A stretch of DNA of 64,000 nucleotides from the NCBI GenBank assembly GCA_041580775.1, contig JBFGDF010000002.1:3708-67707 (forward strand), in the 5' to 3' direction. Below, piece after piece: positions 28,201 through 37,769 of this stretch. Source of the stretch: Gemmatimonadales bacterium. GTDB taxonomy: Bacteria > Gemmatimonadota > Gemmatimonadetes > Gemmatimonadales > GWC2-71-9. The notes under the pieces were generated by a model. The model was given only the letters and a program-made list of their open reading frames with translations. It was not told the DNA's origin and ran no database searches. A program made the translations under genes and the position numbers. Position 1 is the stretch's first letter, and each line of letters begins with the position of its first letter.

Positions 28201-28447
28201 CATCTTCGGGCTGCTGCCGCTCGTGCTGTTCAGCGAATCCGCGGATGCGAACATCTGGAACGCCTTGGGCCTCGCGCTGATCGGCGGCCTCGCGAGCTCG
28301 ACGCTGTTCGTGCTGACGGTGACCCCGACGCTGTACATGCTGCTGGAACGGGGGCCCGAGAAGCGGCGAGCGGAGGGCGGGGTCGTTGCCGTGGAGCAGC
28401 CCGGCAGCGACGTCACGCCGGACGGGCTCGCCCCGACGGGGGCGTAG
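25226..28447 (+). CDS. RND efflux permease, copy 2
   Basis: I chose ATG at 25226 (MIRLSIRRPVAVSMVYLGVALLGIAAWRNIPIELLP). The ORF-track upstream extension overlaps the propeller gene. The architecture is ACR_tran with a Gly/Ser/Pro-rich insertion in the central cytoplasmic loop. Confidence 0.95.
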   Translation: MIRLSIRRPVAVSMVYLGVALLGIAAWRNIPIELLPDTELPQLSVSADWSRASPEAMEAFVTAPLEAAVQQVHGVEEISSISSEQYGQARAQVTVKFARGTDMEFARLELSERLAAVEDELPEGVLGPRIEPYVPEEFREQSRPFLRYTLTGPYTLEALRVHVDDQLLPELLQLDGVAGVEVYGGRDRVLEIVLDDAKTRALGLSPQVVWQRILELETVVEAGVVEVDGVQRTLAIRQRTESPDEIRRTALLTDRGRMVRVSDVATVHDTYEEPRSLYRIDGQPAVAFQIHKETGVNTVAVADGVKRRLDQLETVHPVGVRLLLDDDESEAIRTALTDLRIRALIAAAVVFVVLLVFLRSFRSAGIVFATIAFSILIALNLIYFGGLSLNVLTLMGLAMGFGLIVDNAIVVLENIYRKRRRGTAEERATAAVAAERGAKEVMLAILAATLTTVIVFVPFVYLQGELRDYYIPLAIVVGMSLVASLFVAFTFIPALAAKILGGAGSGAQSPRNAGGLDGASPGAQPAPRSEPRSPLYVRVYAGLLGFTLRWPWLAIVIALACLGGSYRVFDKYVTRGVLWRAWWGQQTFINIRIQLPRGEELDRTDELARFFEAKLRGMPEIERFTTRVLPQFANITVTFPDSLEQTQVPVTIKEQMLAYSYQFGGAEVRVFGYGPSFYGGGSTPPNYSIKVLGYNYETVRQIADDLGRRLRRFSRIRDVDINSAGGWYTRDKASEFVLSLDRERLGLHGLTAQDVVYQVAAAVQGTVRRGFIRVAGDELRFDVKLADNEQVDVIELPEVLLQTPAGQGVRLGDVAAVGEREVLNRIERENQQYQRYVSYEFRGPTKLGDRVRDAVIANTRLPEGYSIEGEQEWRWSSEEQKQIYEVLAVSLILIFMVTAALFESVRQPFCVLLTVPMALVGVFLIFYFMDASFTREAYIGVIMMGGIVVNNAILLVDHVNLLRRTYGLGLREAVVRGTLERVRPILMTSFTTIFGLLPLVLFSESADANIWNALGLALIGGLASSTLFVLTVTPTLYMLLERGPEKRRAEGGVVAVEQPGSDVTPDGLAPTGA

Positions 28448-28448
28448 C

Positions 28449-28973
28449 ATGGGGCCACGGGTGCTCGCCACACTCCTGCTCGTCGCGCCGGTCTCGGCGG
28501 GACTCACGGCGCAGGAACGGCCCCAGGTTGGGCCCGGAACCCGCGTCCGGATCACCCCCACGGACGACGAGGCGCCGCGCCGCATCGGGACGCTCGCCCG
28601 GGTGACCCGTGACACCCTGTGGCTCGCACCGCGCGCCGGCGCGGATCCGGTCATCGCCCCGCGCTCGGGCGTACGCCGACTGGAGGTGAGCCTCGGTCGG
28701 CGCTCGCACGTGGCCCGCGGGGCACTCATCGGGGCCATCGTCGGCGGTGCGGCGACGGGGCTGTTCCTGGCAGCGTTCTGCAGCGACCCGGACACGCGGT
28801 GCGGGGCGGACGAGGTCGCCAAGGTGGGTCTCCTCCTCGGGCTTCCCCCAGTGGCGCTGGGGACGGCGATTGGTCTCATCGCCTCGCACGAGCGCTGGGC
28901 ACCGGTGCCGTGGCCCGCCAGCGCCAGGTTGAGTCTCGGGGTGCGCGTGGCGTCCCCCGCACGCCGGCGGTGA
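28449..28973 (+). CDS. Hypothetical secreted/membrane protein with two C-terminal glycine-zipper segments
   Basis: ATG at 28449 lies 1 nt after the RND-2 stop. The signal peptide is VLATLLLVAPVSAGLTAQE. The glycine-zipper segments are GALIGAIVGGAATGLFLAAF and VGLLLGLPPVALGTAIGLIA. Confidence 0.55.
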   Translation: MGPRVLATLLLVAPVSAGLTAQERPQVGPGTRVRITPTDDEAPRRIGTLARVTRDTLWLAPRAGADPVIAPRSGVRRLEVSLGRRSHVARGALIGAIVGGAATGLFLAAFCSDPDTRCGADEVAKVGLLLGLPPVALGTAIGLIASHERWAPVPWPASARLSLGVRVASPARRR

Positions 28974-29039
28974 CGGTCCGGGAACCCCGAGCGGCGGACC
29001 GGAGTGTCCCCCGTACCGTCGTTCCCTCCTCAGCCGCCT

Positions 29040-29480
29040 TTACGACGTGTGATCGTGAATCATGCGCCACCCTTCCGTTCGCCGTTCGAGCACTACCGTG
29101 AACGGACCGTCGGCCGTGACGGCATCGCCACGACGCAACACGTAGCGGGCAGTCACGAGCGCGTGGGTGGGGCCGAGCGACCGGACGTGGATATCCGCAA
29201 ACCGCAGTGAATCGCGCGTCGCGCCCGGCTCGAAGCGGGGCGCGTAGCGCGCCCGAATCGCGTCGTACCCGTGCGTCAGACCGCCGCTCGTGAGGAACGT
29301 CGTCGCAGAGTCCCGCGCATAGGTGATCAGGAAACCCTCCAGGTCCCCTGCGTTCCAGGCGCGTGCGGACGCCTCGAGGAGCGCCTCGATCTCCGGGGTT
29401 GGGTCGGCCACGGGCCTTGGGGCCTGCAGCGCGCACGCAGTGAGGAGCAGCGGCAGAACGACCACGGGTTGGACGCGCAT
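29040..29480 (-). CDS. SnoaL-like/DUF4440-type NTF2-fold protein, probable lipoprotein
   Basis: ATG at 29480 (MRVQPVVVLPLLLTACALQ). The sequence EIEALLEASARAWNAGDLEGFLITYA...GWRMIHDHTS is typical of the family. Confidence 0.7.
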   Translation of the reverse strand: MRVQPVVVLPLLLTACALQAPRPVADPTPEIEALLEASARAWNAGDLEGFLITYARDSATTFLTSGGLTHGYDAIRARYAPRFEPGATRDSLRFADIHVRSLGPTHALVTARYVLRRGDAVTADGPFTVVLERRTEGWRMIHDHTS

Positions 29481-29599
29481 GACGGATCCCGGCGTGGGGG
29501 AGTGCCCAGGGTGGTGCCGGCGGGCGACGCGCGCAAGGGCCGCGGTGGCAGGTGCGCCGTGCGGGTCCGCCGGCCGCCGAGGCACGGCTCCCCAGCCGT

Positions 29600-29731
29600 A
29601 GCATAATATCAATTCGCACAATGACTTACGCATCACCTCGCCCATTGAAAATGGGCTGAGATCCGGCTATCTTTGGTGGACTCCGTCAGGGGGTCCGCCG
29701 GCCCCCTTTTTCCGTATGCCAAGGGACGTCC
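29600..29731 (+). promoter_or_regulatory. gyrA upstream region/leader: an AT-rich -10-like patch followed by three hairpins
   Basis: GCATAATATCAATT (29601-29614) is a rare AT-rich patch in this DNA. Hairpin 1 is GCCCATT-GAA-AATGGGC (29640-29656). Hairpin 2 is GGTGGACTCC-GTCAG-GGGGTCCGCC (29675-29699). Hairpin 3 spans 29689-29706 and is followed by T5. Confidence 0.4.
29689..29711 (+). terminator. Terminator-like hairpin plus T5, 21 nt upstream of the gyrA start codon
   Basis: GGGGGTC-CGCC-GGCCCCC forms a 7-bp stem including one G-U pair, and is followed by TTTTT (29707-29711). Its 5' arm overlaps the 3' arm of the 10-bp hairpin at 29675-29699. Confidence 0.35.
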
Positions 29732-32245
<2,514 letters not shown>

Positions 32246-32280
32246 CGGGCGTGCCGTCCGGCCGGTAGATTCGCGGCACT

Positions 32281-33267
32281 GTGACGTCCGGAACCACGGC
32301 CGCGGGCGGCCTCGTGACGCTTGACGCGATTCGCGAGGCCGCTGCGGGCCTCGTGGGGGTCGCCGAGCGGACCCCCCTCCTCCCCATCGATGCCCTGCGT
32401 CAGGCGGCGGGCGTCCCGGTTTTCCTCAAGCTCGAGAACCGCCAGCCCACCGGGGCCTTCAAGCTGCGGGGCGCGTGGACGGCCGTCCGTCGGTTGCCGG
32501 CCGCCGCCCGCCGGCGCGGTGTCATCACCTATTCCAGCGGCAACCACGGGCAGGCCGTGGCGTATGCCGCCCGGCGCCTGGGGCTACGGGCCGTGATCGT
32601 GATGCCGGAGACGGCGCCCTCCACGAAGGTGGCGGGTGTGAAGCAGTGGGGCGGGGAGGTGGTGTTCGCCGGCACCACGTCCGAAGACCGCCGGGCCAAA
32701 GCCGAGGCGCTGATCGCCAGCGAGGGACTGCAAGTCGTGCCCCCGTTCGATCACCCCGACGTGATCGCGGGGCAGGGCACGGTGGGGCTCGAGATCGTGG
32801 AAGACCTGCCGGACGTGACGCACGTCGCCGTGCCGGTCGGCGGCGGCGGGCTGCTTGCCGGCATCACGACGGCGCTGGCGACCCTGCGACCGGCGACCCG
32901 CGTCACCGCCGTCGAACCCGAGGGTGCGGCCGCCATGCACGCCGCGCTCCGGGCCGGCCGCGTCGTCCGGCTCGAGCGGACGCACAGCATTGCCGACGGT
33001 CTCCTGCCGGTGGCCGTGGGCACGCTGACCTTCGCGCACGTGCGGGATCGCGTCGACGCGGTGACCGTGACGGAGGAGGCCATCGCCGACGCGACGGTCT
33101 GGTTGCACCGGACGCTGAGGCTCCTCGTCGAGCCGTCCGGCGCCGCGACCACGGCGGCGCTCCGCGCCGGCGCGTTCCGGCCCACGGGACCCACGGTGCT
33201 CGTCGTGAGCGGCGGCAACGTCGATCCGGCGGCCGTCGAGGCCCTCGCCGCAAGGACGAGCGGGTGA
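32281..33267 (+). CDS. PLP-dependent threonine/serine dehydratase family enzyme
   Basis: 328 aa with a GTG start. It has FLKLENRQPTGAFKLRGA (PLP lysine), SSGNHGQAVAYAA and VPVGGGGLLAG. Confidence 0.85.
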   Translation: MTSGTTAAGGLVTLDAIREAAAGLVGVAERTPLLPIDALRQAAGVPVFLKLENRQPTGAFKLRGAWTAVRRLPAAARRRGVITYSSGNHGQAVAYAARRLGLRAVIVMPETAPSTKVAGVKQWGGEVVFAGTTSEDRRAKAEALIASEGLQVVPPFDHPDVIAGQGTVGLEIVEDLPDVTHVAVPVGGGGLLAGITTALATLRPATRVTAVEPEGAAAMHAALRAGRVVRLERTHSIADGLLPVAVGTLTFAHVRDRVDAVTVTEEAIADATVWLHRTLRLLVEPSGAATTAALRAGAFRPTGPTVLVVSGGNVDPAAVEALAARTSG

Positions 33268-34748
33268 CCACGCCGCCGGCCGACCGCACCAAGATCGTCG
33301 TCGCGGACGACGACCCGACCCTGCTCAAGACGATCCTCTACATCCTCCGGGATCGGGGCCACCACGTCGTGCCGGTGGAGGGGGGCGAGGGGCTGATCGA
33401 CGTGCTGCGGACCGAGCGGCCGGACCTGCTCCTGCTCGACATCATGATGCCCAAGGTGGACGGGCTCCAGCTGCTCGAGACGATCCGCTCCGATCCCGCG
33501 TGGGAGTCGCTTCCGGTCCTGATGATCTCGTCGATGCCCCCCGAGGAGGCGACGGCCCAGGCCCTCGGGCTCGGCGCGGACGACTTCATCGCCAAGCCGT
33601 TCCGGGTCCGCGAGCTCGTCGCCCGCGTGGATGCCCGCCTGCGCCAGGGCCAGACGCTGCGGGCCGCCCGGGCCGACGCCCGGCGCCTCGCCGAGGAAGC
33701 CCGGGCGAGCACCGCCGAAGCCCGGGTCCGGGCCGAGATGCTCGACATCCTCCACGAGATCACGGACACGCTCAAGCCCGACGACATCTATCACGTCTTG
33801 GCCCGACGCGTGGCCCGCGTCCTGGGGCTCGCCCGCTGCTCGATGGTGCTCGCCCATGCGGGCGACCGGTTCGGCCTGGTCGTGGCGGCCTTCGAGAACC
33901 CCCACTTGCGGAACTTGCAGATCGAGCTGCGGAAGTACCCCGAGGTCCGCCGGGCGCTCGAGCGCGGGGAGCCGGTGCTCGTGCAGGACGTCACCACCGA
34001 TCCCCTGTACGACCAGGTCCGGAAAGAGTGGACGGCGGCGGGAATTCAGGTCGTCACCCGGTCGGCCATCGCCCTGCCCTTCTCGCTGCGGAAGGAGCAG
34101 CGCGGCGTCTTCTTCCTGCGTGCCACGCAGGAGGACAAACCGCTTTCGCCTGAGGACGTCGACTTTGCCAGCACGGTGATCGGCGCGGCCGTGACCGCCA
34201 TCGACCGGGCGTACGACCTCGAGTCGGCGATCACGGACCGCGAGCGCTATCTGGAGATGGCGCAGACGGATGCGCTCACGGGCTGCGCCAATCGGCGCGG
34301 GCTGTTCGAGCGCATGGAGAGCGAGTTGGAACGGGTGAAGCGCTACGGGCAGACGCTGGCGGTGCTGCTTGTCGATCTCGACAACTTCAAGGACGTCAAC
34401 GATGGACGAGGGCACGCCGCCGGCGACACGGTGCTCCGCGGAGTTGGCGAGCTGCTCCGCAAGGAAGCGCGCGCGGTGGACATCGTGGGACGGTACGGGG
34501 GCGACGAGTTCGTGCTCGGCCTGCCCGAGACGACGTTCGACGGGGCGGTCGTGTTCGCCGAGCGTTTGCGTGAGCGCATCGCCGAGCACGACTTCGCGGA
34601 GGCAGGCGATCCGTTGTACGTTACGGCCTCGCTTGGCGTGTCCGCGATGCCCGAGTCGGGGGCGGACACGGTGGAGGGGCTGATCGCCCGGGCCGACGTG
34701 GCGATGTACGCGGCCAAGAACGCCGGACGCAATCAGGTGCGAACATGA
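33264..34748 (+). CDS. Response regulator with REC-GAF-GGDEF architecture (diguanylate cyclase)
   Basis: GTG at 33264 forms a GTGA overlap with the upstream stop. REC is shown by KIVVADDD...LLLLDIMMP...KPF. A GAF-like middle domain follows. GGDEF is shown by RAVDIVGRYGGDEF, with an RxxD I-site 5 residues upstream. Confidence 0.9.
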   Translation: MTTPPADRTKIVVADDDPTLLKTILYILRDRGHHVVPVEGGEGLIDVLRTERPDLLLLDIMMPKVDGLQLLETIRSDPAWESLPVLMISSMPPEEATAQALGLGADDFIAKPFRVRELVARVDARLRQGQTLRAARADARRLAEEARASTAEARVRAEMLDILHEITDTLKPDDIYHVLARRVARVLGLARCSMVLAHAGDRFGLVVAAFENPHLRNLQIELRKYPEVRRALERGEPVLVQDVTTDPLYDQVRKEWTAAGIQVVTRSAIALPFSLRKEQRGVFFLRATQEDKPLSPEDVDFASTVIGAAVTAIDRAYDLESAITDRERYLEMAQTDALTGCANRRGLFERMESELERVKRYGQTLAVLLVDLDNFKDVNDGRGHAAGDTVLRGVGELLRKEARAVDIVGRYGGDEFVLGLPETTFDGAVVFAERLRERIAEHDFAEAGDPLYVTASLGVSAMPESGADTVEGLIARADVAMYAAKNAGRNQVRT

Positions 34749-35785
34749 GCCAGCGCCGCTGCACGAAATGCGGATCGGTCTTCACCGGCGATGCCCGCTT
34801 CTGTCCGAAGGATGGCAGCCCGTTGGTGGACGTGGCGGTCGCCGGCACGTCCGGCACCACGGTCCGCAAAGCCTACAAGCCGCCGGCGCCGGATCGTTTC
34901 ACACTCTCCAGCCAGCGGATCGACAATCGCTACGAGGTCCTGCGGCGCCTCGGCGAAGGCGGCATGTCTTACGTGTACGAGGCCAAGGATCTGACGCGCG
35001 GCGAGACCGTGGCGATCAAGATTCTCTCGCCCAAGCTGTCGGCCGACCAGAGCTCCGTGCAACGCCTGCGGCGGGAGGCGGGGCTCGCCATGCGGCTGGA
35101 GCACCCCCACGTGTGCAAGATCATGCGGTTGGGCGAAACCGAAGACGGCCTCATCTACCTGGTGATGCCTTACCTGCGGGGCGAGCTGCTGTCGGACCGT
35201 GAAGCCAAGGTCGGCCCCATGGCGGTGGGGATGGGCGTGGAGTGGTTGGTGCAGATCTGCTCCGGTCTCCAGCACGCCCACCAGATGCACATCATCCATC
35301 GCGACCTGAAGCCGGAAAACGTGATGCTGGTGCCAGCCGGCGACGGCACCGACAAGGCGGTCGTCATGGATTTCGGGCTCGCGAAGGAGAATCGGGCGGA
35401 TCCCTCGATCGCCAAACTCACGGCGACGGGCATCATCCTCGGCACGCCGGAGTTCATGAGCCCGGAACAGATTCGCGGGAAGGAGCTCGATGCCCGAAGC
35501 GACATCTACGCGCTCGGCGTCGTCGCGTTCGAGATGTTCACCGGGAAGCTGCCCTTTGCCGGCCGCAGCGCGCAGGAGATGATGATCGCGCGGCTGCGCG
35601 GGAAGCCAGCCACCCTGCGGCAGTACCAGCCCGAGTTCCCCGCGCCGCTCGAGGCGACGCTCATGCGGTCGATGGCCGCGGAGCCGGACGATCGCTTCGG
35701 CACGGCGCTGGAGTTTGGGCGGGCGCTGCTGCAGTCGGCGGGCGATGCGACGTTGGCGGCCAGACTCGCGATCCTGTTGAAATAG
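34745..35785 (+). CDS. Ser/Thr protein kinase with an N-terminal zinc ribbon; no TM or sensor domain
   Basis: ATG at 34745 forms an ATGA overlap with the GGDEF gene stop. The zinc ribbon is CTKCGSVFTGDARFCPKDG. Kinase motifs are VAIKIL, HRDLKPENV, DFGLA and GTPEFMSPE. Confidence 0.9.
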   Translation: MSQRRCTKCGSVFTGDARFCPKDGSPLVDVAVAGTSGTTVRKAYKPPAPDRFTLSSQRIDNRYEVLRRLGEGGMSYVYEAKDLTRGETVAIKILSPKLSADQSSVQRLRREAGLAMRLEHPHVCKIMRLGETEDGLIYLVMPYLRGELLSDREAKVGPMAVGMGVEWLVQICSGLQHAHQMHIIHRDLKPENVMLVPAGDGTDKAVVMDFGLAKENRADPSIAKLTATGIILGTPEFMSPEQIRGKELDARSDIYALGVVAFEMFTGKLPFAGRSAQEMMIARLRGKPATLRQYQPEFPAPLEATLMRSMAAEPDDRFGTALEFGRALLQSAGDATLAARLAILLK

Positions 35786-35849
35786 CGTGCGCTCGTCGGG
35801 CGCCGGGCGCCCGACCCCACTGCCCACACCTTCGCCACCGGAGGCTGCC

Positions 35850-37145
35850 GTGCGACGCGTGGTGCTCAGTGCCGCCGTGCTTGCCACCCTTCCGCTCGCC
35901 CTCCCCGCCCAGGGCGTGGCCGTCCGGGCTGGCCGCCTGGTCGACGGCTCGGGCGCGCCACCGCGGCGGAACGTCGTCATCCTGATCGACGGCGGGCGGA
36001 TCACGGCTGTCGGGTCCGACGTCGCCGTGCCGGTGGGCGCGCGGGAAATCGACCTCTCCCAGCTGACCGTGTTACCGGGATTCGTGGACGCGCACGTGCA
36101 CCTGGTGGGCCACGTCCTGGGCGAGCCCGGGTGGGACAACGCGCTGACTCGGGAGACCCCGGCCGAGGCGGCCCTCCGCGGCGTGGGGCATGCGCGCCGC
36201 ACCCTCGAAGCCGGGTTCACGACCGTGCGCAACGTCGGCGCGGGCGGGTTCGCCGACGTGGCGCTGCGGGACGCCATCATGCGCGGCGACGTGCCGGGGC
36301 CGCGCATGCAGGTGGCGGCGCATCCGCTCGGCATCACCGGCGGACACTGCGATTTCACCAACGGGTACGTGCCGGGCGTCTTCGGGGCCGAACCGGGGGT
36401 CGGCCGGGGCATCGCCGACGGGCCGGACGCCATTCGCGCCGCGATTCGGTATCAGGTGAAGCACGGCGCCGACCTGATCAAGATCTGCGCCACCGGGGGC
36501 GTGCTGTCGGAAGGCGACTCGGTGGGCGTCCAGCAGTACATGGCGGACGAGCTGCGCGCCGCGGTCGAGGTCGCGCACCTGATGGAGCGGCGGGTGGCGG
36601 CTCACGCCCACGGCACCGCGGGCATCAAGGCGGCGGTGGCCGCCGGTGTCAGTTCCATCGAACATGGGTCGATCCTCGACGACGACGCCATCCGGCTCCT
36701 GCGCGAGCGCGGCACGTATCTGGTGCCGACGCTGATGGCGGCCGAGGCAGTGGAGCGGCTGGCACAAAACGGCACCCTCACGGGCGAACGGGCGGACAAG
36801 GCGCTCACGATCGCCCCTCTGATGCGCTCGTCCATCCGGCGTGCAGCGGCGGCCGGTGTCCGGATCGCCCTCGGGACAGATGCCGGGGTGTTTCCGCACG
36901 GGACCAACGGCCACGAGTTCACGCTGCTGGTCGAATGGGCCGGGCTGACACCGATGCAGGCGATCGTGGCCGGCACGAGCGCCGCCGCCGATCTGCTCGG
37001 GTGGGGTGCGCACGTGGGGCGCGTGGCCCCGGGCCGCTACGCCGATCTCGTGGCGGTGGCTGGCGATCCGCTCACCGACATCCGCGTGCTGGAGCGGGTC
37101 GGCTGGGTCATGAAGGGTGGCGAGGTGGTGAAGGGCGGTCGCTGA
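35850..37145 (+). CDS. Amidohydrolase-family metallohydrolase, secreted
   Basis: GTG at 35850 has a GGAGG 5 nt upstream (VRRVVLSAAVLATLPLALPAQG). It carries LPGFVDAHVHLVGH. The ORF-track start at 35787 is possible but lacks an RBS. Confidence 0.85.
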   Translation: MRRVVLSAAVLATLPLALPAQGVAVRAGRLVDGSGAPPRRNVVILIDGGRITAVGSDVAVPVGAREIDLSQLTVLPGFVDAHVHLVGHVLGEPGWDNALTRETPAEAALRGVGHARRTLEAGFTTVRNVGAGGFADVALRDAIMRGDVPGPRMQVAAHPLGITGGHCDFTNGYVPGVFGAEPGVGRGIADGPDAIRAAIRYQVKHGADLIKICATGGVLSEGDSVGVQQYMADELRAAVEVAHLMERRVAAHAHGTAGIKAAVAAGVSSIEHGSILDDDAIRLLRERGTYLVPTLMAAEAVERLAQNGTLTGERADKALTIAPLMRSSIRRAAAAGVRIALGTDAGVFPHGTNGHEFTLLVEWAGLTPMQAIVAGTSAAADLLGWGAHVGRVAPGRYADLVAVAGDPLTDIRVLERVGWVMKGGEVVKGGR

Positions 37146-37156
37146 CCGCCGCGCCG

Positions 37157-37738
37157 TTACCCGCCGCAGCGCCACCGAGCGGCGACCCGCGCCACCCGCG
37201 CCCCGAGGCCGTGCGCCTTCGTAAGAAAGGACGGGGCGACGGCGCCGGTCGGACCGAACGGTGGCTCGTCTGTGACGGCCGAGGCGCCGAACGCGCTCAT
37301 CCAATCCGCGCCGCCGAGCACCACCATGCCGTGCACGAGCATGGCCTGGAGGATCGCAAGCTGGGCCGTCTCCTCGCCGGCCGAGAGGCCTCCCCCCGCC
37401 ACGAAGGCGGCGCCGAGCTTGTCGCGCATGGCGCCGGACGCGTGGGGCCAGCGCATGATGAACTCCTGCACGGCAGGCGCCATGGTGGCGTTGGTGACGG
37501 GGCTGCCGAGGATGACCGCGTCCGCCGCCAGCAGTACGTCGAGGGCGACGCTGTCCACCGAGTGCAGGTGGACACGGCCGCCGGCCTCGCGCGCGCCGGC
37601 GGCGACGGCGTCGGCGAGCTGTCGCGTGTGGCCGGTGAGGCTGTAGTACGCGACGAGCACGTCGGGGGTGCACTGCGCGGCGAGCGTCGCCGGAGCGGTC
37701 ACGCTCGCGGCGAGCAGCATCCGGATCAGCACCACCAT
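37157..37738 (-). CDS. Flavodoxin-like fold protein (WrbA/NAD(P)H:quinone oxidoreductase-like) with an apparent N-terminal signal peptide
   Basis: VLVAYYSLTGHTRQLADAVAAGA...AVILGSPVTNATMAP is a flavodoxin-like core. Starting at ATG 37738 adds MVVLIRMLLAASVTAPATLAAQ. An alternative GTG start at 37660 would remove that segment. Confidence 0.65.
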   Translation of the reverse strand: MVVLIRMLLAASVTAPATLAAQCTPDVLVAYYSLTGHTRQLADAVAAGAREAGGRVHLHSVDSVALDVLLAADAVILGSPVTNATMAPAVQEFIMRWPHASGAMRDKLGAAFVAGGGLSAGEETAQLAILQAMLVHGMVVLGGADWMSAFGASAVTDEPPFGPTGAVAPSFLTKAHGLGARVARVAARWRCGG

Positions 37739-37769
37739 GAAGGGTCCTCCGGCCGCCGGACGCATGCGG

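Noticed and set aside
29600-29711. Considered a small RNA gene (SRP/6S/tmRNA-like) upstream of gyrA
   Set aside because: I could not recognise any conserved motif of these families. The structures are better explained as a gyrA leader. A covariance-model scan is needed to exclude a known RNA family.
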